From: Rhodoluna sp.
GTDB taxonomy: Bacteria > Actinomycetota > Actinomycetes > Actinomycetales > Microbacteriaceae
Length of the DNA: 64,000 nt
Assembly: GCA_026393335.1 (NCBI GenBank)
Contig: JAPLAJ010000053.1
Coordinates: forward strand, 13,521 to 77,520
Reading direction: 5' to 3'
Every line of letters begins with the position of its first letter. Positions within the stretch are counted from its first letter, which is position 1. A model generated the notes under the pieces. It had not been told where the DNA came from. It did no database searches and was given only the letters and a program-made list of their open reading frames with translations. Of the stretch, positions 55,453 to 64,000 are shown one piece after another. Both the position numbers and the translations under genes were made by a program.

Positions 55453-56196
55453 GTGCCTAAATCCCCTAAGAAGCAACCTGCTGCTTTCTTCGATGTCGAT
55501 AACACGCTAGTGCGTGGCTCGACCAGCTATCAGTTTGGCAAAGAGGCATACCGCAGAAGGTTCTTCCCCCGCAAAGACTTCATTGCTTTTGCTTGGCACC
55601 AGATAGTTTTTCTAACTAAAGGTGAAACAGAGCACATGCTCTCAGCCATCAAAGACCGTGCTCTTGGTTTGGTAGTAGGCAGAGAATACGCCCAGATGAT
55701 TGATCTAGTTGCTAATGTCTACCAATCAAACATCAAGCCAAAGATTTGGCCGGAGACCGCTCGCCTTGCTCAACAGCATATTGCTGCAGGTAGAGAAGTG
55801 TGGTTGATTACAGCAGCTCCTCAAGAGATGGGTGAAGAGATTGCTAGGGCTCTTGGCTTGACTGGAGCTCTAGGAACACGTCTTGAACACATCGATGGAA
55901 TCCTTACAGGCAAACTAGTTGGTAAGCCTCTGCACGGAAAAGAAAAGCCGAAGGCAATCAAGAAGCTAGCTATGGAACGTGGCTTTAGCCTCAAGAAATC
56001 ATTTGCATACAGCGATAGCCACAATGATCTACCGATGCTTACTCTTGTGGGTCACCCGGTTGCAGTAAACCCAGACAAGATACTGAAGATTTACGCTAAA
56101 TCTGCTGGTTGGAAGATCTATGACTTCAAACGCAGAGAATTAAGACTGCAAAAGAAAACTGCCAAAAAAGAAATAAAGATTGGCAAAAGAGGTTAA
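55453..56196 (+). CDS. HAD-IB hydrolase (SerB-like phosphatase), GTG start
   Basis: It has the DxDxT motif FFDVDNTLV and a later AYSDSHNDLPML motif. Confidence 0.85.
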   Translation: MPKSPKKQPAAFFDVDNTLVRGSTSYQFGKEAYRRRFFPRKDFIAFAWHQIVFLTKGETEHMLSAIKDRALGLVVGREYAQMIDLVANVYQSNIKPKIWPETARLAQQHIAAGREVWLITAAPQEMGEEIARALGLTGALGTRLEHIDGILTGKLVGKPLHGKEKPKAIKKLAMERGFSLKKSFAYSDSHNDLPMLTLVGHPVAVNPDKILKIYAKSAGWKIYDFKRRELRLQKKTAKKEIKIGKRG

Positions 56197-56203
56197 AGAA
56201 AAA

Positions 56204-56223
56204 CCTGCCGGATTAGCGGCAGG
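56204..56223 (-). terminator. Intrinsic terminator after the bS22 gene
   Basis: CCTGCCG-GATTAG-CGGCAGG is followed on the minus strand by TTTTTCTTT. Confidence 0.65.
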
Positions 56224-56257
56224 CAATCTTCGCTCTAAGAGCTAAATCACGAAGTTT

Positions 56258-56356
56258 TTACTTCTTATTACGACGTTGGTGACGAGTCTTACGAAGCAAC
56301 TTACGGTGCTTCTTCTTCGACATACGCTTACGACGCTTCTTGACAACTGATCCCAC
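56258..56356 (-). CDS. 30S ribosomal protein bS22 (32 aa, below the ORF-track cutoff)
   Basis: Hand translation gives [32 protein letters not shown], nearly identical in pattern to mycobacterial bS22 (Rv0500B type). AAGAGG lies 7 nt upstream of the GTG. It sits in the conserved proC neighbourhood. Confidence 0.88.
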   Translation of the reverse strand: MGSVVKKRRKRMSKKKHRKLLRKTRHQRRNKK

Positions 56357-56494
56357 AAAGACCTCTTTATTTAGATAAACCCCTGTGAATCAGGGGTTCT
56401 TTCGACTCCTTGTATTCTAGCCCACGCTTGGCTATTGGTAAAAACCCCTGCTAATCCCTAGGCATTAGCACAGAGGAAGTAAAGTGAAAGCACT

Positions 56495-57028
56495 ATGACT
56501 GAAGAGCAGCCTTACACCTTGGTAAAGAAGACCCCCAGTTTTGAAATAAGGCATTATCCAAGCTATGTCCTAGTTCAAGTAACTACTAGGGGCGAGTTCT
56601 CTAGAGCCGCGAGCATGGCATTTAGTCCGCTCGTGAACTACATTTCTGGCCGTAACGAATCAAGGGAAAAGTTTGCAATGACTGCCCCGGTTATTCATGC
56701 CCCAGATAAAGCATCAGAGGTCCATGTAGTGAGCTTTGTGCTACCTAAAGATGTGTCAATCAAAGACCTGCCACTACCTAGCGATGCTCAGGTTTCCAGG
56801 CATCACGTTGATGCTCATTATGCTGCAGCAGTCAAGTTCAGAGGTTTAGCTAGCTTTGAACACTTCAATTCTTTAGGCAATCAGCTTCTAGTTGATGTCA
56901 AAAGCGCTGGCTTAGAGGTAGCCGGTGATCCCTACTATGCCCGCTTCGATCCTCCATGGAAACCAGGTTTCCTAAGAAGAAATGAAGCGATAGTCGCATT
57001 AGCCGGATACCCCTCGAAAGGAAAATAA
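56495..57028 (+). CDS. SOUL/HBP-family heme-binding-like protein (cytoplasmic)
   Basis: The 177-aa product contains YTLVKKTPSFEIRHYPSYVL ... FAMTAPV ... YYARFDPPW, typical of the SOUL family. It has no signal peptide. Confidence 0.8.
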   Translation: MTEEQPYTLVKKTPSFEIRHYPSYVLVQVTTRGEFSRAASMAFSPLVNYISGRNESREKFAMTAPVIHAPDKASEVHVVSFVLPKDVSIKDLPLPSDAQVSRHHVDAHYAAAVKFRGLASFEHFNSLGNQLLVDVKSAGLEVAGDPYYARFDPPWKPGFLRRNEAIVALAGYPSKGK

Positions 57029-57678
57029 TGGAAATCAACAAAAATCTAAGAAGCGCTCTTGCTGAAGCAGTTGGTGTGATGTTGTTTGTGACATCGATTG
57101 TTGCAGTTAACTTCAACCCAACCTTCCACAACCTAGCTCTAGCTGGAACACTAACTCTGATGATTCTGGTTACAGCAACAGTTTCAGGTGGACACCTAAA
57201 CCCTGCAGTATCACTATTCTTCTTTGCCCGAAAAGCAATCAGCCTTGCAACTCTTATTCAATACTGGATTGCTCAGTTACTTGGAGCATTTGCTGGTCTA
57301 TACCTTGGCTACTCACTCTCAGGTTCTCAAGTGGTTGCAAAGATTGCCCCTGCCGGTGTTTCAGAATCTGGTGCTTTCATCGGTGAAGTATTAGCAACTA
57401 CTGTCTTGGTTGTGATCATCGCTCGTCTTGCATCAACTGAGAGAGCATCAATCATTCCTTTTGCAGTTGGTATCTGGGTTCTAGCTGCAAGCACCTTTAC
57501 TCTTACCGGAGCTCAGGCAAACCCAGCGGTTACCTTCGCCCTGATGCTACGCGATGGCTTCACCCAGAACCACCTAGCCGTAGTTCTTGCTGAAATCGTT
57601 GGTGCACTTATTGCCTTTATCTACATCAGTGTGCTTGATGGCAAGCCAAAGAAGGCTAAGAAAGCTAAGAAGAAATAA
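57028..57678 (+). CDS. MIP-family channel (aquaporin/aquaglyceroporin-like) with a Lys-rich C-terminal tail
   Basis: Two NPA boxes are present (GGHLNPAVS and AQANPAVTF), with 6 TM helices. The start overlaps the SOUL stop (TAATG). Confidence 0.85.
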   Translation: MEINKNLRSALAEAVGVMLFVTSIVAVNFNPTFHNLALAGTLTLMILVTATVSGGHLNPAVSLFFFARKAISLATLIQYWIAQLLGAFAGLYLGYSLSGSQVVAKIAPAGVSESGAFIGEVLATTVLVVIIARLASTERASIIPFAVGIWVLAASTFTLTGAQANPAVTFALMLRDGFTQNHLAVVLAEIVGALIAFIYISVLDGKPKKAKKAKKK

Positions 57679-57697
57679 TTCACCTTTAGTTCATTCT

Positions 57698-57732
57698 GTA
57701 ATGCCCCTGACCAGAACGGTTGGGGGCATTAC
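57698..57732 (+). terminator. Hairpin between the MIP channel gene and arsC (weak terminator or attenuator)
   Basis: GTAATGCCCC-15 nt-GGGGCATTAC is followed by TGCTTT. Confidence 0.4.
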
Positions 57733-57749
57733 TGCTTTAGGGTTTAGTC

Positions 57750-58157
57750 ATGAGTTATAAATCAAGTGTTCTATTTGTGTGCGTTCATAATGCTGGTCGT
57801 TCCCAGATGGCTGCTGGATTCCTTAGAGAACTAGCCGGCGATCGAGTTGAAGTTCTCTCTGCCGGCACTCAGCCAAAGAATGAGATCAACCCAAGTGCTA
57901 TTGAAGCAATGGCTGAAGTCGGTATCGACATCACAGGTCAACAACCTAAAGTTCTAACTGAGGATGCCGTCAAGGCAAGTGACTACGTAATCACTATGGG
58001 TTGTGGGGATGAATGCCCTTGGTTCCCAGGCAAGATTTATCTTGATTGGGTATTAGATGATCCAGCTGGTCTAGGTGTTGAATCAGTAAGACCAATCCGA
58101 GACAAGATCAAAGACCTTGTTACCGGCCTTGTTGCCGAAATAGACGCTAAGCCTTAG
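57750..58157 (+). CDS. arsC: Arsenate reductase, LMW-PTPase type
   Basis: It has the P-loop VLFVCVHNAGRSQMA (CX5R) and downstream Cys residues in MGCGDECP. Confidence 0.88.
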   Translation: MSYKSSVLFVCVHNAGRSQMAAGFLRELAGDRVEVLSAGTQPKNEINPSAIEAMAEVGIDITGQQPKVLTEDAVKASDYVITMGCGDECPWFPGKIYLDWVLDDPAGLGVESVRPIRDKIKDLVTGLVAEIDAKP

Positions 58158-58692
58158 TTTTCTTAGCAGCTGGTTTTTTAGCGGCACGCTTCTTTGCTGG
58201 AGCTGACTTGTTAGTAACTTTCTTGGCAGCAGCTTTTACTTTCCCTGTTGCTTCTTCAACCTTTACTGTGGCTTCTCTTTTAGCATCAGATAGTTTTCTA
58301 CCGAATTCTTTTCCAGCCTCTTCTGCATCAAACTCAAGATTTATCTTTGCGCCAACTCGCTTCTCGAGCCAGCTAGCTGCCGAAGAAATAAGGTTACCGA
58401 TGTTCTCACCAAGCACATCGGCTTGGCCTGACACAAAAGCTGAGCCGAACTTACCAAACCACTTAGCTGCCTCTGCTAAACCAGTCTTGTTCAAAGAGTA
58501 TGTGCTGGTCTTACCTTTAGTAACAACAGTTAGTAACTCGGCTTTAACAAGCACCTTGAGATGCTTATCAAGAACAGTTGCTGAAAGCTTGGTGGATTTT
58601 GCAAGCGCAGCGGTAGTCAACGCTTCGACTGCTACCAGTTCGAGAATAGTTCTACGGTTCTGATCAGCAAGTGCATTGAATACATCGGTCAT
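58147..58692 (-). CDS. ArsR/SmtB-family wHTH regulator lacking cysteines, with a Lys/Ala-rich C-terminal tail
   Basis: The N-terminus reads FNALADQNRRTILELVA...TAALAKSTKLSATVLDKHLKVLVKAELL. The C-terminus reads AAAKKVTNKSAPAKKRAAKKPAAKKTKA. There is no Cys anywhere in the 181 aa. Confidence 0.75.
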   Translation of the reverse strand: MTDVFNALADQNRRTILELVAVEALTTAALAKSTKLSATVLDKHLKVLVKAELLTVVTKGKTSTYSLNKTGLAEAAKWFGKFGSAFVSGQADVLGENIGNLISSAASWLEKRVGAKINLEFDAEEAGKEFGRKLSDAKREATVKVEEATGKVKAAAKKVTNKSAPAKKRAAKKPAAKKTKA

Positions 58693-59522
58693 TACTTTTG
58701 CTCCTGGGCTATTTCCTTAGCGCGAGCTAACGCTGCGCTTGTTGCTTTAAAGAATAAGTCATTGAGGTTACCTTCTTGAAGGATGGCTATAGCCTTCATG
58801 GTCGTTCCGTTAGGACTTGTTACCTGACGTCTAAGCTCTGCTGGATCTCCTTGAGACTGAACTAGCAGTTCACTTGCACCGAGGAAGGTTTGTGACACCA
58901 ATAGATATGCATCCTCTTGGCTAAAGCCATGACTTACAGCAGTCTTGATGAATTCTTCAATGAAGTAGAAAACATATGCCGGTCCTGAACCTGAGATTGT
59001 GGAGAGTGCATCTATCTGCTCTTCTGGCACAACAAGTGTTTTGCCCACTGCTTCAAACAATGAAACTGATAGGGCAAGCTCTGATTCAGAAACTCTAGAG
59101 CCAGCTGAAATCCCTGTGAGGCCTGAACCAATAAGAGCTGGTGTGTTTGGCATTGCTCTGATAACTGCAACAGAATCAGGCAAGCTCTGTTCCATAGTCT
59201 TTATCTCAACGCCAGCAGCTACCGAAATAACTAGAGCATCATTAGCAATCACAGATTTAACTTCTTGAAGAACTTGAATCACATAAGCAGGTTTGACGGC
59301 AACTAAAACTATGTCCGCACCTTCAACAGCTAGTGTGTTGGCGTTTGGTTGGTAGTCGGTAGCAAATGCGGTGACACCAAACTCCTTAGCTAGAGCTTCT
59401 GCACTCTCAACTGTTTTAGTTGTAGCCCTTACATCAGAACCTTTAGTGCCGTTTTTGATCATGCCAGCCAGGATTGCGGTTCCCATAGAACCTGTTCCTA
59501 AGATTGCAACTGTTTTAGTCAT
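58692..59522 (-). CDS. proC: Pyrroline-5-carboxylate reductase
   Basis: The Rossmann motif VAILGTGSMGTAI is present. The C-terminal segment VTSPNGTTMKAI is the P5CR signature. Confidence 0.92.
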   Translation of the reverse strand: MTKTVAILGTGSMGTAILAGMIKNGTKGSDVRATTKTVESAEALAKEFGVTAFATDYQPNANTLAVEGADIVLVAVKPAYVIQVLQEVKSVIANDALVISVAAGVEIKTMEQSLPDSVAVIRAMPNTPALIGSGLTGISAGSRVSESELALSVSLFEAVGKTLVVPEEQIDALSTISGSGPAYVFYFIEEFIKTAVSHGFSQEDAYLLVSQTFLGASELLVQSQGDPAELRRQVTSPNGTTMKAIAILQEGNLNDLFFKATSAALARAKEIAQEQK

Positions 59523-59526
59523 ATGA

Positions 59527-60120
59527 CTAGTTCAACACAAATTGTGGCTGGTTGGTGCTGAGAATGCCATTTACTTCTGCTTGCAGAACATAGCTTGCAC
59601 CATCTGCTGTTACCGAAGGAAGTCCGTCGGTTAGAGCACAACCTGAATCATTTGATCTGACTCGATCCCATCTACCTGCAGGATTAGCCATTGAAACATT
59701 TGGCTGCAGCATGATTGGCTCAGATGCAAATCTTTCAGCATTGCAATCTTTTGAATTCCAAACATTATCCGAGCCACTTGTTACTTTGAAGAAGGTGACA
59801 TCGCTACCGAGGTTGAACTTACATTCAACTGGACCGGTGTTGGTTACAGAGAACCAGAAGTATGGGGTATCGCCTGGGTTGAAAGCTAGTTGATCTTGGG
59901 ATGCAGAGGTGCCAATGTGTGCTTCAATCTTGATTTGCTGTGATTGACATGTTGAACCTGCAACCAGGGTTGGGCTTTGGTTTGGGTTGAACAGGGAACC
60001 TACCCAACCGAAGAAGGATAGAACTCCAGCAATAAGCGCCCAAATCAATGCGATGACAACAGCTAGAAAAACGAGTCTTCTAATAAGTAGTTCTCTAGGG
60101 GAAGGATATCTTGCAAACAT
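59527..60120 (-). CDS. Hypothetical membrane-anchored extracytoplasmic protein (4 Cys, beta-rich)
   Basis: It has one N-terminal TM helix followed by a roughly 140-aa Cys-containing domain. It is tightly packed upstream of proC. No family was recognised with confidence. Confidence 0.55.
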   Translation of the reverse strand: MFARYPSPRELLIRRLVFLAVVIALIWALIAGVLSFFGWVGSLFNPNQSPTLVAGSTCQSQQIKIEAHIGTSASQDQLAFNPGDTPYFWFSVTNTGPVECKFNLGSDVTFFKVTSGSDNVWNSKDCNAERFASEPIMLQPNVSMANPAGRWDRVRSNDSGCALTDGLPSVTADGASYVLQAEVNGILSTNQPQFVLN

Positions 60121-60144
60121 AAGACAAGTTTGCCAGCGAGTTTG

Positions 60145-60654
60145 CTATAGCAAGCGAAGCATGCGGGTGTTGCCCAGAGTGTTTTCTTTGACCCTAGCTA
60201 GATCCAAGAACTCGGCGATACCATCATCGGCAGATTGAACCATCTGCTCGAAGGTCGCTTGATCGACTGGAACATCGCTGATGATGTCAAACCCGCAGCG
60301 AACAAAGAAGTCAACTTCAAAGGTTAGGCAGAACACCCTTCTAATGCCAAGGGTGTATGCACGCTCAATCAGGGCTTCAACCACAGCCTTACCCAGACCC
60401 ATTCCTCTGGCACTCTGGTCCACTACAAGAGACCTAACTTCAGCTAAATCCCCCCACATAACGTGAAGAGCACCGGCAGCCAAAATGCGACCGTCCTTTG
60501 ATTCAGCAATCACGAACTCCTGGACTCGCTCATAAAGAGCGACCAGTTGGTGCTGAAGTAAGACGTTGCTGTCAACTAGAGGGGCACGCATTGCCTGAAT
60601 GGCAACGATGTCGCTAGTTCGAGCAGGTCGAAGAATGAAATCTTTATCGGGCAT
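60145..60654 (-). CDS. argA: GNAT amino-acid N-acetyltransferase (short ArgA type)
   Basis: The 169-aa product carries the GNAT motif VVDQSARGMGLGKAVVEALIE. Its size and context resemble mycobacterial short ArgA. Confidence 0.7.
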   Translation of the reverse strand: MPDKDFILRPARTSDIVAIQAMRAPLVDSNVLLQHQLVALYERVQEFVIAESKDGRILAAGALHVMWGDLAEVRSLVVDQSARGMGLGKAVVEALIERAYTLGIRRVFCLTFEVDFFVRCGFDIISDVPVDQATFEQMVQSADDGIAEFLDLARVKENTLGNTRMLRLL

Positions 60655-60656
60655 TG

Positions 60657-63107
60657 CTAAATGCTAGCAATCTCTCTCACGTTTGAGGTGAAAATGAACT
60701 CTCCGCCAACAAGATCAGCTATAACATCACTTGCATTCTTGATTACACCCTGCAAGATGCTCTCAGAGATCTGGTCTTCGATTTCACGCTGAACAGCACG
60801 ACGCAGTGGTCTAGCTCCTAGCGCTGGGTCGTAACCTAGCTCAATCAAACGCTCTTTAGCCGCTGTTGTGAGGGTAAGAGTGATGTCTCTCTCCTCTAGG
60901 CGGACATTGAGCTTCTTGACGAATAGGTCAACAATCTCTAACAGTTCAGGCTTAGATAGCTGAGGGAAGACGATGACATCATCAACACGGTTTAGGAACT
61001 CCGGCTTGAAGTGCTTCTTTAGTTCATCGTTGACCTTAGCTGCCATGCGGTCGAAGTCATTCTTCTGATCACCTTCAAGGTTGAAGCCAAGAGCACCCTT
61101 AGAGATGTCCTTGCTACCTAGGTTGGTAGTCATGATGATGATTGTGTTCTTGAAGTCAACAACACGACCCTGACCATCAGTTAGACGACCCTCTTCAAGA
61201 ATCTGCAACAGTGAGTTGAAGATATCTGGGTGAGCCTTCTCGATCTCATCGAAGAGCACAACGCTAAATGGCTTGCGACGAACACGCTCAGTTAGCTGCC
61301 CACCTTCATCGAAACCAACATAACCTGGAGGAGCTCCGAACAATCTTGAGACTGTGTGCTTCTCTGCATACTCGCTCATGTCTAGTGAGATCAATGCACC
61401 TTCATCTTCGAACAAGAATTCAGCCAAAGCCTTAGCAAGCTCAGTCTTACCGACACCGGTAGGGCCAGCAAAGATGAATGAACCTGAAGGACGGTTAGGG
61501 TCTTTCAAGCCGGCACGTTGACGACGAATAGCCTTTGAAATTGAATCAACTGCAGCCTTCTGACCAATAACTCTTCTGTGCAGTTCTGCTTCCATGAAGA
61601 TCAACTTCGCAGACTCTTCTTCGCTTAGCTTGAAGACTGGAATACCAGTAGCAGCTGCTAGAACTTCTGCAATAAGACCTTCATCAACAACACCGTGAGC
61701 TGCAACATTTCCTGAACGGAATTGCTTGGTTAGCTTGGCACGCTCAGAGATTAGCTTCTTCTCTGCATCGCGAAGCTTTGCTGCACCTTCGAAGTCTTGT
61801 GAATCTATTGCCTTCTCTTTATCAACGCGAATACCAGCAATCTTCTCTTCAAGATCTCTTAGCTCCGGTGGTGAAGAGAGAATAGAAAGACGAAGTCTCG
61901 CACCAGCCTCATCGATTAGGTCGATAGCTTTGTCTGGTAGGTAACGGTCTTGAACGTAACGGTCTGCAAGCTTTGCTGCAGCAACGATAGCGCCATCAGT
62001 AATAGAAACCTTGTGGTGAGCTTCGTAGCGATCACGAAGACCCTTCAAGATGTTGATGGTCTGAGGAACGCTTGGCTCATTAACCTGGATTGATTGGAAT
62101 CGACGCTCTAGAGCAGCGTCCTTCTCAAAGTACTTTCTGAACTCATCCAAAGTGGTAGCGCCGATGGTTTGTAGTTCACCACGAGCAAGCATTGGCTTCA
62201 AGATAGATGCAGCATCAACTGCACCTTCAGCAGCACCTGCTCCAACAAGAGTGTGAATCTCATCAATGAAAGTGATGATGTCTCCACGACCCTTGATTTC
62301 CTTGATGACCTTCTTTAGACGCTCTTCAAAATCACCACGGTATCTTGAACCTGCGATAAGAGAACCAAGGTCCAGTGTGTAAAGCTGCTTACCCTTTAGA
62401 GTCTCAGGAACGTTACCGTTAACAATTGCCTGAGCAAGACCTTCAACAACAGCTGTCTTACCAACACCTGGTTCACCAATAAGAATTGGGTTGTTCTTAG
62501 TTCTTCTAGAAAGAATCTGCATGACTCTTTCAATTTCTTTTTCACGGCCGATAACAGGATCTAGTTTTCCTTCGGCAGCAGCCTGAGTTAGGTTCTTACC
62601 GAACTGATCTAGAACCTGAGAACCCTTTTGTGGGATAGCTTCGCCACCGACTGTTGCTGACTCTTTTCCTTCAAAGCCCTGAAGCATCTGCTGAACCTGA
62701 GCACGAACCTTGTTGGTGTCTGCACCTAACTTAGTTAGAACTTGAGCTGCTACGCCTTCACCTTCTTTGATAAGTCCTAATAGAAGGTGTTCAGTACCGA
62801 TGTATGAGTGACCTAGTTGCAAAGCTTCACGAAGAGAGAGCTCAAGAACCTTCTTGGCTCTTGGAGTGAAAGGAATGTGTCCTGTTGGAGGCTGCTGTCC
62901 CTGACCAATGATCTCCTTGACCTGGTCTCTAACTGCCTCTTGAGAAATGCCAAGCGCTTCTAGCGCTTTAGCGGCTACGCCTTCGCCTTCGTGGATCAAA
63001 CCAAGCAGGATGTGCTCAGTTCCGATGTAGTTGTGATTTAGTGACTTAGCTTCTTCTTGAGCTAAAACAACTACCCTGCGGGCCTTATCGGTGAACTTCT
63101 CAAACAT
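60657..63107 (-). CDS. clpC1: ATP-dependent Clp protease ATP-binding subunit ClpC1
   Basis: It has a double Clp_N repeat, two Walker A motifs ([16 protein letters not shown]) and a UVR-like linker. Confidence 0.96.
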   Translation of the reverse strand: MFEKFTDKARRVVVLAQEEAKSLNHNYIGTEHILLGLIHEGEGVAAKALEALGISQEAVRDQVKEIIGQGQQPPTGHIPFTPRAKKVLELSLREALQLGHSYIGTEHLLLGLIKEGEGVAAQVLTKLGADTNKVRAQVQQMLQGFEGKESATVGGEAIPQKGSQVLDQFGKNLTQAAAEGKLDPVIGREKEIERVMQILSRRTKNNPILIGEPGVGKTAVVEGLAQAIVNGNVPETLKGKQLYTLDLGSLIAGSRYRGDFEERLKKVIKEIKGRGDIITFIDEIHTLVGAGAAEGAVDAASILKPMLARGELQTIGATTLDEFRKYFEKDAALERRFQSIQVNEPSVPQTINILKGLRDRYEAHHKVSITDGAIVAAAKLADRYVQDRYLPDKAIDLIDEAGARLRLSILSSPPELRDLEEKIAGIRVDKEKAIDSQDFEGAAKLRDAEKKLISERAKLTKQFRSGNVAAHGVVDEGLIAEVLAAATGIPVFKLSEEESAKLIFMEAELHRRVIGQKAAVDSISKAIRRQRAGLKDPNRPSGSFIFAGPTGVGKTELAKALAEFLFEDEGALISLDMSEYAEKHTVSRLFGAPPGYVGFDEGGQLTERVRRKPFSVVLFDEIEKAHPDIFNSLLQILEEGRLTDGQGRVVDFKNTIIIMTTNLGSKDISKGALGFNLEGDQKNDFDRMAAKVNDELKKHFKPEFLNRVDDVIVFPQLSKPELLEIVDLFVKKLNVRLEERDITLTLTTAAKERLIELGYDPALGARPLRRAVQREIEDQISESILQGVIKNASDVIADLVGGEFIFTSNVREIASI

Positions 63108-63230
63108 TTACTTCTCCTTCGACACTTTTATGTGCTTACAAAGAAGATAACCCTGAAAAGACCCATTTGTTAGGGCTGTTCGCCAATGGGGGAACTGCCT
63201 GAGAGGCCACTTTGAAAGTAGAAGCTAGGC

Positions 63231-63638
63231 CTACAAAGTCATTGCTAAGGCGGCGGCAATAACAAGCCCTGACCCAGCCGAAATCAGCAGTTGTTTGCGA
63301 GAAAGATTACAAGGCTTAGTGCTCTTGACCGCTTGATATTTAGCCTTCATCCTGGCTTTCTCAGCCCTATCAGTTGAGTAACTAGCAACGGCCGCTTGGT
63401 AGCCCGGTAAGCGCATCCCCGAGTAGAGAATAATGATTGCCGCCACAGCGCCACCAAAGGATGGCCATAACACAAAGAACATGGCTGTCGTGAAATTTTC
63501 TGTACCGGCTGCTGGTGACAAGATGATAAAGCCGAGCCCCAGAATCCCAATCGTATACAAAACCATTTTTACCAAAAATGCGCCGCTCACATAAGCAGCC
63601 ATTACTTCTGGATCTTTATTCTTCATTGTCCCCTCCAA
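63231..63638 (-). CDS. Hypothetical membrane protein
   Basis: The 135-aa product has 3-4 hydrophobic segments. No family was recognised. Confidence 0.5.
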   Translation of the reverse strand: MEGTMKNKDPEVMAAYVSGAFLVKMVLYTIGILGLGFIILSPAAGTENFTTAMFFVLWPSFGGAVAAIIILYSGMRLPGYQAAVASYSTDRAEKARMKAKYQAVKSTKPCNLSRKQLLISAGSGLVIAAALAMTL

Positions 63639-63656
63639 GGAATTGTTTAGTTAACC

Positions 63657-63830
63657 CTACTTGCCCGATTTCTTTAGAGCCAGCTTTGCTCGCTCTTCAG
63701 CTTCAATTTCTGCCCTGACTTTACGCTCTTTAGCGTCTGCACCGATGATTGACTTGAATAGAAAATAGACCAAAAACATCATGCCGATTGGTGGCAGCAT
63801 CGCTAGGACTGCGTTGAGAAAGTCCTGCAC
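63657..63830 (-). CDS. Small membrane protein (57 aa, below the ORF-track cutoff)
   Basis: Hand translation gives VQDFLNAVLAMLPPIGMMFLVYFLFKSIIGADAKERKVRAEIEAEERAKLALKKSGK. The GTG lies 2 nt after the lysS stop. The product has one TM helix plus a charged helix. Confidence 0.5.
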   Translation of the reverse strand: MQDFLNAVLAMLPPIGMMFLVYFLFKSIIGADAKERKVRAEIEAEERAKLALKKSGK

Positions 63831-63832
63831 GA

Positions 63833-64000
<168 letters not shown>

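Noticed and set aside
56495-57678. The idea that the SOUL-MIP pair is a heme uptake route for a heme auxotroph.
   Set aside because: MIP pores conduct water and small neutral solutes and are far too narrow for a porphyrin. The SOUL protein also lacks a signal peptide. The idea is kept only as an unexplained gene coupling.
58208-58663. A 151-aa plus-strand ORF.
   Set aside because: It is entirely antisense to the ArsR-family gene, whose wHTH is recognisable. Its composition is Ser/Ala/Phe-rich, consistent with mirror-frame translation.

Overview
This is a chromosomal window from a moderate- to low-GC actinobacterium. Gene order follows conserved actinobacterial blocks. The first is rplA-rplK-nusG-secE-tRNA-Trp ... 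MaoC pair-tRNA-Met-tRNA-Thr. The second is lysS ... clpC1-argA-proC-bS22-SerB-like HAD-Grx-like ... His-phosphatase-resA-ccdA-resB-ccsA ... menCBEADF-menG-polyprenyl synthase-fprA. A streamlined freshwater lineage such as acI/Nanopelagicales is only a guess.

The core content is:
- Ribosomal and transcription genes and 4 tRNAs.
- A maltose/maltodextrin-type ABC operon (malEFG-like plus a GH13 enzyme) with two cre/LacI-type operator palindromes.
- Two paralogous GH13 alpha-glucosidases.
- hrpA, a complete classical menaquinone cluster, System II cytochrome c maturation genes, and clpC1.

The accessory or unusual content, most interesting first:
1. A roughly 7.6-kb island (39557-47197) splits the menC/ccsA junction. 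It carries a Sec-signal DNRLRE/RHS (YD-repeat) polymorphic toxin with a GIY-YIG-like nuclease tip, followed by a leucine-rich-repeat immunity candidate. The roughly 2070-codon toxin reading frame is broken by one in-frame TAA and one single-base frameshift.
2. A 1336-aa polytopic membrane protein of unknown function has a Cys/His cluster near its N-terminus and is bracketed by the two GH13 paralogs.
3. The heme-biosynthesis (hem) genes are absent from their conserved syntenic slot. That slot holds an archaeal-type AspRS, a TipAS protein, VapBC and an N-terminally short P450. Heme-handling genes (ccs/res, P450, SOUL) are retained.
4. A SOUL-MIP channel-ArsC cluster lies next to a cysteine-free ArsR-family regulator with a Lys/Ala-rich tail.
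5. There is a PrlF/YhaV TA module with a perfect 20-bp operator-like palindrome, and a VapBC module with tandem operator-like repeats.

Two small genes are missed by the ORF track: bS22 and a 57-aa membrane peptide. I saw no CRISPR array, rRNA, integrase or IS element. All calls come from reading the translations and the sequence by eye, and no searches or computations were run.
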